Assembly (NCBI GenBank): GCA_002501695.1
Contig: DANZ01000069.1
Location: forward strand, 456-44,451
Direction of reading: 5' to 3'
DNA: 43,996 bases
From: Methanolobus sp. UBA474
GTDB taxonomy: Archaea > Halobacteriota > Methanosarcinia > Methanosarcinales > Methanosarcinaceae
This document shows positions 9,053-18,923 of the stretch, in pieces. The notes beneath the pieces are model-generated. The model saw only the letters and a list, made by a program, of their open reading frames with translations. It was not told the origin of the DNA and ran no database searches. Position 1 is the first letter of the stretch. Every line of letters starts with the position of its first letter. The position numbers and the translations under genes were made by a program.

Positions 9053-9217
9053 ATGGAAATAGAAGATCTGATCATTTGCGCAATTGCTGTCGGTGTGCTG
9101 GCGAGTTTTGTAATATATGCATCCATAAACCCCCTTCCGTGTAGCCATTTCCTGATGGAGACAGTTACTTTAGGTGGAATATTTGCCTACATGTCTGCCC
9201 AGGCCGGTATTCTGTGA
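9053..9217 (+). CDS. Small two-TM hypothetical membrane protein (54 aa)
   Basis: MEIEDLIICAIAVGVLASFVIYAS...TLGGIFAYMSAQAGIL; TATA-like TATATAAT at ~9006. Confidence 0.55.
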   Translation: MEIEDLIICAIAVGVLASFVIYASINPLPCSHFLMETVTLGGIFAYMSAQAGIL

Positions 9218-9220
9218 AAC

Positions 9221-9889
9221 TTATTGTTCAGATATCCGGTAAAGCACATGCAGGTGCCCGCCGGAAAAAGTTTCCTGCCTGAGCGGTTCAAGGTTCAGAC
9301 ATGGCTTTCCTGTTTTCCTGAAAAGGCCTGCGCTCTCTTTCCCGATCATTGCAGGCGTGATCACCAGGCTGATCATATTTACCAGTCCCTGGTCAAGCAG
9401 TACCCCGCAGAGTGTGCTCCCGCAGTCAGTTATTATTCTTCTGAAGCCGTATCTTTCATTACATTTTTCAAGAGCCTGCCTGTAATCCACATGCTCTATG
9501 CCTGCGGCAATGTAGTCAAGATCTCTCTGCCGCAGGTACTGAATGTATGAAGCAGGTGTTCTTTCAGAGACCAGTACGATAACATCCTGACAATATTCTG
9601 ACCTCTGAATACATGCAGTATCCCCTCCAGGATCCCACGGCTGTCAGCAATTATCCAGTAAGGTCCTGAGTTCCCGCCTGCCTGAGGGGGCTTTACAAGA
9701 TCAGATGGCTCTTCAGCAGGTATGGCGCCAGCGAACATCCGGCCCCGTCTTAGCCGTGTTAGAACCGATTAGCATAGTATCCGGATCAAGTGAGCTCAGT
9801 ATCTTATAGTGTAGTCCTATGTCTGCGCTGAACCCTGATAAGGGACCATCAAGACTGACCGAGTTATGGATCATCACTTCCGGTAACAT
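9221..9889 (-). pseudogene. RibD C-terminal/dihydrofolate-reductase-like protein broken by two frameshifts
   Basis: HNSVSLDG (N-terminal piece), WIIADSRG (middle frame) and ITDCGSTL..LLDQGLVN.ISLVITP (C-terminal piece) join only via shifts near 9739 and 9602. Confidence 0.75.
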
Positions 9890-10048
9890 CTCTTTCTCAC
9901 GTCTCATGAAAACCGGACAGGAACCTGTTGTATTGAACAGATCGCTTGTTTCTTCAAGCTCAGGTAAGTCCTGAAAGTATTCCTCGCAGCTCTTTTTTGT
10001 AGAACAGGGTCACAATGTGAATGTGATTTATCATAATGATGATACTCA

Positions 10049-10066
10049 TTATATACTATAATATAC
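10049..10066 (+). promoter_or_regulatory. TATA-like promoter region for the downstream structured RNA
   Basis: TTATATAC and TATAATATAC in an AT-rich block ending about 15-25 nt before the first hairpin. Confidence 0.45.
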
Positions 10067-10079
10067 AAATATTAATATA

Positions 10080-10470
10080 CTAGTATGGGCTACTAGGATA
10101 TGCAGGTGCAATACCTGTGCAGGAAACTGCAATGACCAAACATATAGGTGCAATATGTAACTCGGCCGGAGATCCCCGGCAACCAAAAACGGAAAAACGA
10201 AAGTCAACTGCAAATGGAATCCGGGCAGAGGCAAATCCTCCCAAAGAACGTCAAACTTTGCCCGGATCCCTGCAGTGACGCACAATAAATGGAGCATGAG
10301 CTATCCGGTGGGGAATATTGGACCATGGGTTCATGTGGTGGGTGGTTCCGGGGAGTGGTGGAGTATGAGCGAATAGGAGTGCATTCCGGCAACCCGGAAT
10401 GCACGGGTTATTGTCAGCATTGCGATTTAAGTCAGTTCCTCCGTTCAAGGAAACTTCGGGTGGTAAGGTT
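10080..10470 (+). ncRNA. Candidate large, multi-branch structured non-coding RNA of unknown class
   Basis: At least seven local hairpins plus three nested long-range helices; G-U pairs consistently favour the + strand; no credible ORF. Confidence 0.65.
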
Positions 10471-13108
10471 AGTTACCACTCAGTTCCCTTGCTTTTTCGT
10501 ACATCCAGAGCGCATCATCTTCTTTTCCGATGTTCTCAAGTATGTAGCCAAGATTGGTCAGGGTACATGCCGCACTGTCTCTGTATGACTGGTTATCAGG
10601 CTCTTCCTCGAGGATCATGGCATATCTTTTAAGTGCGTTCTCGTACAGGGGTTTTGCCCTCTCCAGCTCTCCTTCCTCAAGCAGGAAATATCCCAGATTG
10701 TTAAGTATGTAGGCTACATTCTGCTGATATCCTGTGTTGTGGCTGTTATCTTCAAGGAGCGCCTGGTATTCCATAAAGGATTCTTCAAACAGGCCTCTTG
10801 CTTTCTCCACATGTCCCATATCAGTCAGCAGGGCCGCCATTTTGCACTTCATGGAGGCTGTCCTTTCCCGGTATTCTATATTCGCAGGGTCTGAGGAGGC
10901 CAGTTCCCCATATGAATACACTGCATTCTCATAATAGTTCCTTGCCTCTTCCATATATCCATTCTCATCAAGGAGCTCCGCCATATTCTCCAGTATGGCA
11001 GCGCTGTCTTTTCCAATATATGCATTCCCGGGATCCATCTCTGCAAGCTTCTCATACATCCTGAGCAACATGTCGTATGCTTTTACTTTTTGCTCAAAGT
11101 CCTCCATCTCCGGGACGGATACTTTCAATTTCTCCAGCATTCGCGCTGTCTTTAAGCGGTACTGCGAACTTTTGCCTTCGCCTGAAAGCAGTCTGAGGTA
11201 TATTCCTAGTCCTTCCGCAATGTGATCCGCTTCTATCATCAGGTTTGCAATTTCCTCCCGCAGACTTAGCGTGTTCTGGAAGTATCGCAGGTTTTCGGGC
11301 TCGATCGCAACCAGTTGCTCGCGCATTGCAAGTATCTTCTCATACTCACCTATCAGAGCTTCCCTGTTGGTGGCGTTTCGAGGATCCCTTTCCATACTTT
11401 GGAGAATGCTGTCGATCTTGTCCCTGTGGCTCTTTGCTGAAGGCTCTGTTCTACAGAGTTTGAAGTATATGGCAAGAGCCCTGTCTTTCTCTTTCAGTTC
11501 CATCCGGATATTCCCGGCAGCTTCAAGGGCGGATATGACCTTTGCAGCATATTCCTCATTACCGCTCTCAGCAGACATCATTGACTCATTCATAGCAGCG
11601 GCCTTTTCAAAATATTCCGCGGCCTCTTCCCGCATTCCCATCTCCAGCATCAGTTTGGCTGTCTCATACAGCATGCCTGCAGTATCTTTTTTGATGTCTG
11701 CGTCATCCGGGATGATCTCCCCGAGCCTTGAGGTCCTATCAAGCATCATTTTGCATGCCGTGACTTTCTCCATGTCAGGGGCCATTCCGTCTATAAGATG
11801 CCGCAGGTCCTCGATGATGGAGCTGGCACCATCCCGGAACATCTCATCCGACGCTTCTGCCTGAAGAGCTTCAAGAGCAATGTCCGACGCCAGTATGAGA
11901 TCCTGCAGGGCCATGGGTCCGTTGTGCATGTCAGCAAGGATCTTCCCCCGGATATCCAGCGCAAAAGCAACGTTCAGCCGGTAGGACATATTGGAAGGAT
12001 CGATATCCTGCAACAGCTCGCATGCCTTGAGTATAAGTTCATGGTCACGAAGCTTTTCCTCCGAAATTTCTTCATGGTCGACCAGTTCATTGAGTTCCCT
12101 TAGTGCGGATATGGTCTCTGAGCGATATTCCTGGTTCTCAGGCTCCGCCTCAAGCAACTTCTGAAGGGACTGCAAAGAATCGATAAGGCGCATTTTTGCA
12201 CTTTCAGGTTCTTTCGCTGCTGCAAAAAGCTCTTCTGTGTTGTCAGCTGCGGAGATATGTGCAGCAGGAGCAGGTAGATTCTCTCCCCTTTCAGCAGCAA
12301 GACGCTGCTGTGTAGTATATGCCTCTGCGTACAGAGCTTCCGCCTCAGCGGCTTTACCTGCTGACATAAGCATGTCCGCATGGCCTGTCAGGGCAACGGC
12401 CAGTCTTTCGAGGTAAAGGGCCGTAGGTTCCATCTTTATAATGCTGCGGTAGACGTCTGTCAGTTGCCTGTACTTTTCCTCTGAAACCTCCTCTGATGAA
12501 CTGTCTGTCTCAAGGTTGAGGATATTCTCCAGGATAGTTGCCATCTTGAACAGCAGGGTTGTAGCCATGGCAGCGTCCTGAGGGCTTTCCCGAAGTATGC
12601 GGAGAGCCTTCTCAAAGCTTTTCTGTGCCGCTTCCTCCTCTCCTTCTTCCGCCAGCAGGGCGCCAAGGTTGTTCAGCGTTGAAGCTGCGTTTGACCTGTA
12701 AGTCATGTTGTTAATGTCACTTCCCAGAAGTTTATCATAAGCATGTACGGATATGTCATAATTTTTCCTTGCTTCTTTCCTGGAGCCCTTTTTTTCCAGG
12801 ATCGAAGCCAGATTACTGTAAATACCTGCCCTCTGTTCATAATTCACATAGCCTTTCCCCGAAAGCTCATTGCTGATATCGACAGCGAGCATGTATCTTT
12901 CAAAAGCCTCATCTTCCTGTCCCGCAGAGAAAAGAAGATCGGCGTATGTCTGCAGCACGCTGGCATATATGTCGGGTGATCCAGCTTCCTTTGCATTTTG
13001 TTCTGCCAGCTCCAGGGCATGAAGCGCGTCCGCATACAGCCCTTTCTCTATGAGGGACACCCCTTTGTTCTGGTGCCTGACTGCTATATCTCTTGATTGT
13101 TTGGACAT
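10469..13108 (-). CDS. Large cytoplasmic tetratricopeptide-repeat protein
   Basis: Repeated TPR units such as AASTLNNLGALL..G..E.A...FEKAL and VAYILNNLGYFL..GELERAKPLYENAL. Confidence 0.85.
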   Translation of the reverse strand: MSKQSRDIAVRHQNKGVSLIEKGLYADALHALELAEQNAKEAGSPDIYASVLQTYADLLFSAGQEDEAFERYMLAVDISNELSGKGYVNYEQRAGIYSNLASILEKKGSRKEARKNYDISVHAYDKLLGSDINNMTYRSNAASTLNNLGALLAEEGEEEAAQKSFEKALRILRESPQDAAMATTLLFKMATILENILNLETDSSSEEVSEEKYRQLTDVYRSIIKMEPTALYLERLAVALTGHADMLMSAGKAAEAEALYAEAYTTQQRLAAERGENLPAPAAHISAADNTEELFAAAKEPESAKMRLIDSLQSLQKLLEAEPENQEYRSETISALRELNELVDHEEISEEKLRDHELILKACELLQDIDPSNMSYRLNVAFALDIRGKILADMHNGPMALQDLILASDIALEALQAEASDEMFRDGASSIIEDLRHLIDGMAPDMEKVTACKMMLDRTSRLGEIIPDDADIKKDTAGMLYETAKLMLEMGMREEAAEYFEKAAAMNESMMSAESGNEEYAAKVISALEAAGNIRMELKEKDRALAIYFKLCRTEPSAKSHRDKIDSILQSMERDPRNATNREALIGEYEKILAMREQLVAIEPENLRYFQNTLSLREEIANLMIEADHIAEGLGIYLRLLSGEGKSSQYRLKTARMLEKLKVSVPEMEDFEQKVKAYDMLLRMYEKLAEMDPGNAYIGKDSAAILENMAELLDENGYMEEARNYYENAVYSYGELASSDPANIEYRERTASMKCKMAALLTDMGHVEKARGLFEESFMEYQALLEDNSHNTGYQQNVAYILNNLGYFLLEEGELERAKPLYENALKRYAMILEEEPDNQSYRDSAACTLTNLGYILENIGKEDDALWMYEKARELSGN

Positions 13109-13407
13109 GGGTGGTATTTCTCTGGATGTTCAGTTATGATGGTGAGATCAGTAGTAAGTGGTAACGGTGAATTGGCACTCTGTTCCAAAACAACAGTTAA
13201 CATAGTATTATATTCTTCTGCCGGAATGTTGCTAATTATGTTGCATGCTTTAAAAATGCACCTATGAGAGTTAATCCGGGTTGATAACTAAGGGATAGAA
13301 GACTATAAAAAGTGGATAAGTAAGGAATAAACAGGATGAGAACAGTCTTCAGGAAAGACGGCCTGAGCATCTTTCCCGATATTGCGTATCTCTTTCAGGG
13401 CTAATTT

Positions 13408-14076
13408 TCATCTTATGGGATCCAGGTGCTCTGCGAACCATTCTCCTGCCATCACGGCAACTTCCTCTAACTTGCCGGGTTCTTCGAACAGGTGAGTAGC
13501 TCCCGGAACGATCATCATCTCCGTTCTCACTTTCATCCTGTCCATGGCCGACTGGTTCATCTCTATAACGGGGGTATCCCAGCCCCCCACTATAAGCAGC
13601 GTGGGAGCCTTCACATCCGCAAGATACTCCTTTGCGAGGTCTGGTCTGCCTCCTCTGGATACCACGGTCATGACAGCATCCGGCCTGCGAACAGCCGCAA
13701 TAAGGGCTGCAGCAGCTCCGGTACTGGCTCCGAAATAACCAATGTTGAGTCCCTCAGTATCCGGGTTTTGCAGCAGCCAGTCCGTGGCTGCAACAAGGCG
13801 TGTAGCAAGCAGGTCAATATCAAAACGAAGGTGGGCTGTCAATGCATCGATTTCCTCTTCTTCCGAGGTCAGCAGGTCGAACAGCAATGTTGCGAGCCCT
13901 GTTTCCTGAAGGTACTGCGCTACAAACCTGTTCCTCGGGCTATGCCTGCTACTGCCGCTTCCATGTGCGAACACCACAATGCCTGTCGCGCCCTGAGGTA
14001 TGCTCAGATCCCCTTCAAGGGTGATCGGGTCCAGCGGGATGCTGACACGTTCGTCATGCACGAGAAATTCCGTCAT
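13408..14076 (-). CDS. Dienelactone-hydrolase-like alpha/beta hydrolase
   Basis: [14 protein letters not shown], nucleophile elbow [28 protein letters not shown]; ATG 14076 after GAGGGAGGG. Confidence 0.85.
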   Translation of the reverse strand: MTEFLVHDERVSIPLDPITLEGDLSIPQGATGIVVFAHGSGSSRHSPRNRFVAQYLQETGLATLLFDLLTSEEEEIDALTAHLRFDIDLLATRLVAATDWLLQNPDTEGLNIGYFGASTGAAAALIAAVRRPDAVMTVVSRGGRPDLAKEYLADVKAPTLLIVGGWDTPVIEMNQSAMDRMKVRTEMMIVPGATHLFEEPGKLEEVAVMAGEWFAEHLDPIR

Positions 14077-14728
14077 CTTTTCCCTCCCTCGCTCCAAAAG
14101 ACCTTTCGAGCAGCTCGCAAACCTCTTTGTCGCTGGTCTGTGAAAAGTCTGCATACCAGGCGCCTACCCCATAGAATGGTTCGGGTGTTGTCAGGCATAT
14201 CACCTCATCAACTTCCCTTTCAAATTCATCGCAAGCGTCCTTTGCTGCGGTGGGAACTGCCACTGTCAGATGCGCAGGCTTTTTGACTCTGACAGCCTGC
14301 ACTGCCGCACTCATAGTGGCACCTGTGGCCAACCCATCATCTATCAGGATCACGGTCCTACCTTCGATATCAGGCTCAGGTCGTCCTTTGCGATACAGAT
14401 GTTCCCGTCTTTCCAGTTCCACCTGCTCGGCAGCAGCTACAGCAGCGATAGTATCATCGGAGATCCGAAGCGATCTTACCACATCCATATTCAGCACACG
14501 TATGCCTCCGCTAGCAATGGCTCCCATCGCCAATTCCTCATGGCCCGGCACTCCCAGTTTCCTGACTATGAATACATCAAGTTGCGCTCCCAGCTCCCTT
14601 GCAACCTCAAAAGCTACCGGTACCCCTCCCCTTGGCAGTGCAAGCACAAGCAGGTCCTTGCGCCCCGAATATCCGGAAAGCCTCTCTGCAAGCTTTTTGC
14701 CTGCATCGGTCCTGTTACTGAATAACAT
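14054..14728 (-). CDS. Type I phosphoribosyltransferase
   Basis: [11 protein letters not shown] and PRPP loop [13 protein letters not shown]. Confidence 0.9.
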   Translation of the reverse strand: MLFSNRTDAGKKLAERLSGYSGRKDLLVLALPRGGVPVAFEVARELGAQLDVFIVRKLGVPGHEELAMGAIASGGIRVLNMDVVRSLRISDDTIAAVAAAEQVELERREHLYRKGRPEPDIEGRTVILIDDGLATGATMSAAVQAVRVKKPAHLTVAVPTAAKDACDEFEREVDEVICLTTPEPFYGVGAWYADFSQTSDKEVCELLERSFGAREGKDDGISRA

Positions 14729-14986
14729 TAGTAGTTCCCTCCTCCCTAATTTATAATATCCTCAATTACTATTTTACTTATGCGCATGGAACCGCTGTCA
14801 GCACATTGCATGACCGGCATCTTCCATGTAATATGATCCGTATGAATAGGATGCCGCAGGGGCATGGAAACACGGGCTATGGCTCGCGGGTGATAAGGAA
14901 AATAGTTAATTAGATAACATTCGTTTATACGTATATATCTTCAGATCTATCCTCGAGTAACCACATCACGCTAAAACCTGATTCCC

Positions 14987-17900
14987 ATGAAAACGAGAAG
15001 ATATTCGCTTTGTTTAGTATTCATGCTTATTGCAACATCGCTTTTTTCCTCTCTGACTGCCAGTGCAGGCAATGAGGAGGATCTCAATTCACATGCTGTT
15101 GCTCTCACAAAGAACGGAACTTACGACATTGCTCTTGAATATTATGACCGGGCTCTTGGTATTGATCCTTCACATGCGGAAACACTGGACAATAAAGTGT
15201 CCACCCTGTTCCTGTCGGGGCATTATCAGGAAGCCTATGAAGTAAATGAGGTTCTGCTCAGCAGATATCCCGGCTCCCCTGCAGCACATTTCAAGAAAGG
15301 ATTGATACTCTCAGAAACAGGGGATCATGAGAATGCTGTAAGCTCTTACAACATGTCTCTTGAGATGCTTGCAAAAAGCGGTTCCGATTACGATAATGGT
15401 TTTGACATAGGTAGCATTGCTCTGTCACAGGAGGGCAATGAGTCCCAGTTTACGGATTTTGATCCCCGGGCTGCTACTATCCTGTATCACAAGGGTGAAG
15501 CACTCGGGAAAATGGGCAGGTACAGTGAAGCACTGGTGTGTTATGAGGAAGCTGCCGCTATCACATCTTCCTATGCGGATTCATTGCACAGGAAGGGCCT
15601 TAGGTCTTATGGATCAAAGGAGTATGACAAAGCCGTTCAGCTGCTGGGACGTGTGCTCTTAATAGAGCCTTACAATGCTGTAGCATGGTATGAAAGAGGA
15701 CTTTCGTACGATGCGATGGAAAATTACGGGGATGCAATTGACTGTTACAGTCGTGCAATCGAGCTTGATCCTTCTTATGAGAGCGCTCTTTTGAGCAGGG
15801 CACAAGCCCGGGAAAGATCGGGTGATCTCGTATCTGCAATAGAGGATTATAATCTCCTGCTCTTAGCCAACCCTTCAAGTCCCCAGGCATGGACTGGCAT
15901 GGGGCACAATTATGAGGAACAGGGAAATTACGAATACGCTTTAAGGGCATATGAGCAGGTCCTGACATATGATCCTGCCAACAAGGAGATCTGGTCAAAG
16001 AAAGGGTTCCTTCTGGATTCACTGGGTATGTATGATGAAGCCATCCTGGCCTATGATATGGCCCTTCAGCTCCAGAACGAGCGCAGGCCGTCAGTTTCAA
16101 GCCCGGCGGATGTGCCGGATGTCTTTGCTTCAAGCATTGATGTGATGGCCTCATATGAGGAACAGCCAGCTTTCACATCGGATACTGCTGGAATCTGGTA
16201 TAATAAAGGACTGGCCTATGACAGGCTTGACAGGCACGAGGAGGCTATCAATGCCTATGACAGGGTGCTGGCCGAGGAGAAGGGCGTTGCTGTTGTGTGG
16301 TATAAGAAAGCTGTTGCACTGGACAGGTCCCAGCAGTACGATAAGGCCATTGATTGCTATTCCCAGGCCCTCAGAATAGATCCCTCCTATCCCCGGGTAT
16401 GGTATGAGATGGGGCGGGATTATGACCGGCTTGGAAAGAGCAGCATGGCGCTGGAATGTTACTCAAGTGCCCTTGATCTGGACCCTTATTTCGCAGCTGC
16501 GTGGTATGCAGGTGCTGCAGATCTCTCCGGCATGGGAAGCCACAGCGATGCAATAGCATACTATGACAGAGCCCTCGAACTTGAGCCGGGCTGTGTAGAG
16601 GCATGGTTCAAAAAAGGCAGTTCTCTGGACAAGCTTGGAAGAACTGAAGAAGCCATTCTGTGCTATGAGCAGGTGCTTCAACTACAGCCGTCGCACCCCG
16701 CTGCACTGGAGAAGATGAGCGCAGGACTGCAAAAGCAGAATGGCACTTCGAATATCCTCTTCGGGTCCCTGGCTATTGCCAATAACAGCAACCCGGCTGG
16801 AAGTGCGGGTAGCGATCTGCTTTTGCCCGACGCTTTTGTCCTGTACAAAAAGGAACCTTCCGTGCCTGTGTACGCTGCCAGGAAAGCGGCCGGCAGTTAT
16901 GAGACTATAGGCACGCCTGTAGGCCTTGATCAGTTGTGGGCAGGTAAAGGCGACGCTCTCAATGGTATGAATATGCCCGAAGATGCTCTGGCCTGCTATG
17001 AAAAGGCAGTGATGTTAAACAGTGACTCGGCTGCTGCCTGGTCCGGCATGGGCTCCTCTCTCGACCTTTTAGGAAGGCATGAGGAAGCACTTGGATCGCA
17101 TGAGAAGGCTCTTCTGGCACAACCCGATGATCCTGATGCCCTTCTGAGGAAAGGAATATCGCATTATAGTAATATGGATGAATGGACCGCACTGGAATAT
17201 TTCGATAAGGTGCTGCAGCAGGACCCTGACAATCAGGACGCTCTGTACTACAGGGCAGCTGCAAGTGAAAACCTTTCACTGTACGCTGATGCCATAGAAT
17301 GCTATGATGTCATGCTTGCAAAGGACCCTGAGAACACCGATCTATGGTTTAAGAAGGGACTGGCACAATATCAGGCCAACAGGTATGCGGATTCACTGGA
17401 TTCCTTTGATAAGGTTACGGATCATGACAGTTCAAATGTGACCGTACTTATGTATCAGAGCATGTCCTCGGCGCAGATGGGCGACTACGAAAAAGCTGTC
17501 GGTTACTATGGGCGCATACTGGAGTTACAGCCTGGTGATACGGAAGTGCTGTTCACTATGGGGACAACTTACGAGAAAGCAGGCCAATACGCCCTGGCTA
17601 TTGAAACATATGACAGGATACTTGAGCTTGAACCTGAGAATATCAGGGCATGGAACCACAAGGGATTTGCCTATTATCTCATGGGCGATCCGGCGGGAGC
17701 AGCGGACATATTTGACAAGTCAATATCTCTTGACCCGCAGGATCCTTCAGCCTGGTATCACAGGGGCATGCTGGCCTACATACTGAGCAGTCCCAAAGGT
17801 GCTGTCTACTATTATGATAAGGCACTGGAACTGGACCCTGACTGTATCACTGCATGGTACAACAGAGGCTTCGCCCAGAACATAAGGGGAGATACGGAAG

Positions 17901-18178
17901 GCGCTGTGCAGAGTTATGACAGGGCACTTGAACTGGACCCGGTTTCCATCTCAACTATGTATAATAAGGAATTTGCCCTGTATCGCATGGGCAAGTCCTC
18001 AGAAGCTTCCCAGATACACCAGGCCATAGAGCTCATAGATCCGGGATTTGCAGAAGCGTTGCAGGACAGGGGCACGACCTTCTTCCTGCCAAGATCCTAT
18101 AATGACAACCTTGATTATGAGCTGCCTGTCCGATGGTATAATGACACCAATGATAATCTCACGGTGAATGAGACGTAA
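14987..18178 (+). CDS. Large TPR protein with N-terminal signal peptide
   Basis: MKTRR plus hydrophobic stretch ending ASA; roughly 20 TPR units of the type AWY.KG..L..LG.Y.EAI..YD.AL.LDP. Confidence 0.9.
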   Translation: MKTRRYSLCLVFMLIATSLFSSLTASAGNEEDLNSHAVALTKNGTYDIALEYYDRALGIDPSHAETLDNKVSTLFLSGHYQEAYEVNEVLLSRYPGSPAAHFKKGLILSETGDHENAVSSYNMSLEMLAKSGSDYDNGFDIGSIALSQEGNESQFTDFDPRAATILYHKGEALGKMGRYSEALVCYEEAAAITSSYADSLHRKGLRSYGSKEYDKAVQLLGRVLLIEPYNAVAWYERGLSYDAMENYGDAIDCYSRAIELDPSYESALLSRAQARERSGDLVSAIEDYNLLLLANPSSPQAWTGMGHNYEEQGNYEYALRAYEQVLTYDPANKEIWSKKGFLLDSLGMYDEAILAYDMALQLQNERRPSVSSPADVPDVFASSIDVMASYEEQPAFTSDTAGIWYNKGLAYDRLDRHEEAINAYDRVLAEEKGVAVVWYKKAVALDRSQQYDKAIDCYSQALRIDPSYPRVWYEMGRDYDRLGKSSMALECYSSALDLDPYFAAAWYAGAADLSGMGSHSDAIAYYDRALELEPGCVEAWFKKGSSLDKLGRTEEAILCYEQVLQLQPSHPAALEKMSAGLQKQNGTSNILFGSLAIANNSNPAGSAGSDLLLPDAFVLYKKEPSVPVYAARKAAGSYETIGTPVGLDQLWAGKGDALNGMNMPEDALACYEKAVMLNSDSAAAWSGMGSSLDLLGRHEEALGSHEKALLAQPDDPDALLRKGISHYSNMDEWTALEYFDKVLQQDPDNQDALYYRAAASENLSLYADAIECYDVMLAKDPENTDLWFKKGLAQYQANRYADSLDSFDKVTDHDSSNVTVLMYQSMSSAQMGDYEKAVGYYGRILELQPGDTEVLFTMGTTYEKAGQYALAIETYDRILELEPENIRAWNHKGFAYYLMGDPAGAADIFDKSISLDPQDPSAWYHRGMLAYILSSPKGAVYYYDKALELDPDCITAWYNRGFAQNIRGDTEGAVQSYDRALELDPVSISTMYNKEFALYRMGKSSEASQIHQAIELIDPGFAEALQDRGTTFFLPRSYNDNLDYELPVRWYNDTNDNLTVNET

Positions 18179-18234
18179 GTTGCAGGTATACGGATATCAC
18201 AAGCTTTATTGTGCATATCCTCTTTTTTTCACCC

Positions 18235-18882
18235 ATGTTAAGATCTCTTATTTTTGATATGGATGGAGTGCTGCTGGATTCCATGCAGTCCCATGCCGAT
18301 GCATGGATACAGGTCTCCCGCGAATGGGGGGTGCATGTCACCAGGGATGATATCTATGAGATCGAAGGAGCAAACCATGTACTGGGTCTGCAGTGGCTTT
18401 TTCAGAAGGCGGGTAGGGATGTGGCCCCTGAAGATTACGAACCCATACTTGCCAGGAAAGTGGAGATATTTTCCGGCATAGTTCAGGTAAGGCCCTTTGA
18501 AGGCATCAGCGGATGTCTTGAAAAGCTTAAAATGTCATTCAGGCTTGCTGTTGTGACAGGATCGGAAAGGATCACTGTCACACGATTACTGGATGAGTTC
18601 TTTCCTGCCACTTTCGATGTGGTCGTATGCGGGGACGACGTACTGCGGGGAAAGCCATTCCCTGACCCGTACCTGAGAGCTGTGGAAATGCTTGGTATCT
18701 GCAGGGAAGAATGCATCGTTATCGAGAACGCTCCTATGGGCGTTGAGGCCGCAAAAAGCGCCGGACTGTTCTGTGTCGGTGTCCCTACATACGTTGCTGC
18801 AGATAAGTTATCAAAGGCCGATATCGTACTGGATGATCACATCTCTCTCCTGGGCTACCTGCTGGGGATGATGCCAGGCTAG
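18235..18882 (+). CDS. HAD-superfamily phosphatase (beta-PGM/CbbY-like)
   Basis: FDMDGVLLDS, AVVTGS, KPFPDPYL, IENAPMGVEAA. Confidence 0.9.
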   Translation: MLRSLIFDMDGVLLDSMQSHADAWIQVSREWGVHVTRDDIYEIEGANHVLGLQWLFQKAGRDVAPEDYEPILARKVEIFSGIVQVRPFEGISGCLEKLKMSFRLAVVTGSERITVTRLLDEFFPATFDVVVCGDDVLRGKPFPDPYLRAVEMLGICREECIVIENAPMGVEAAKSAGLFCVGVPTYVAADKLSKADIVLDDHISLLGYLLGMMPG

Positions 18883-18923
18883 CTTTCGGAAGGTTTTAAA
18901 GTTAAACTTCCCAATATCTATGT

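Noticed and set aside
10080-10470. Identification of the structured RNA as RNase P RNA, SRP RNA or a group II intron
   Set aside because: No P4-forming GAGGAA..CC / AACAGAA..GGCTTA pair, no SRP helix-8 CAGG..GGAA..AGCAG motif and no intron domain V on either strand
10049-10632. Short ORFs over the structured region (10049-10297, 10204-10404, 10251-10448, 10289-10588, 10399-10632)
   Set aside because: No recognisable domains, mutually overlapping, two run antisense into the TPR gene; better explained by RNA structure
10462-13165. 9-bp inverted repeat GTTACCACT/AGTGGTAAC flanking the TPR gene as mobile element ends
   Set aside because: Too short, no transposase or target-site duplication, and the left copy is part of a local hairpin
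13492-14756. Long antisense ORFs (e.g. 13492-14286; similarly 40633-41367 and 31704-32294)
   Set aside because: Shadows of well-supported genes on the opposite strand, with no motifs
14784-14890. Weak stem (CGGCATC/GATGCCG) and repeated GCATGGAA between divergent genes
   Set aside because: Too little pairing to support an RNA call
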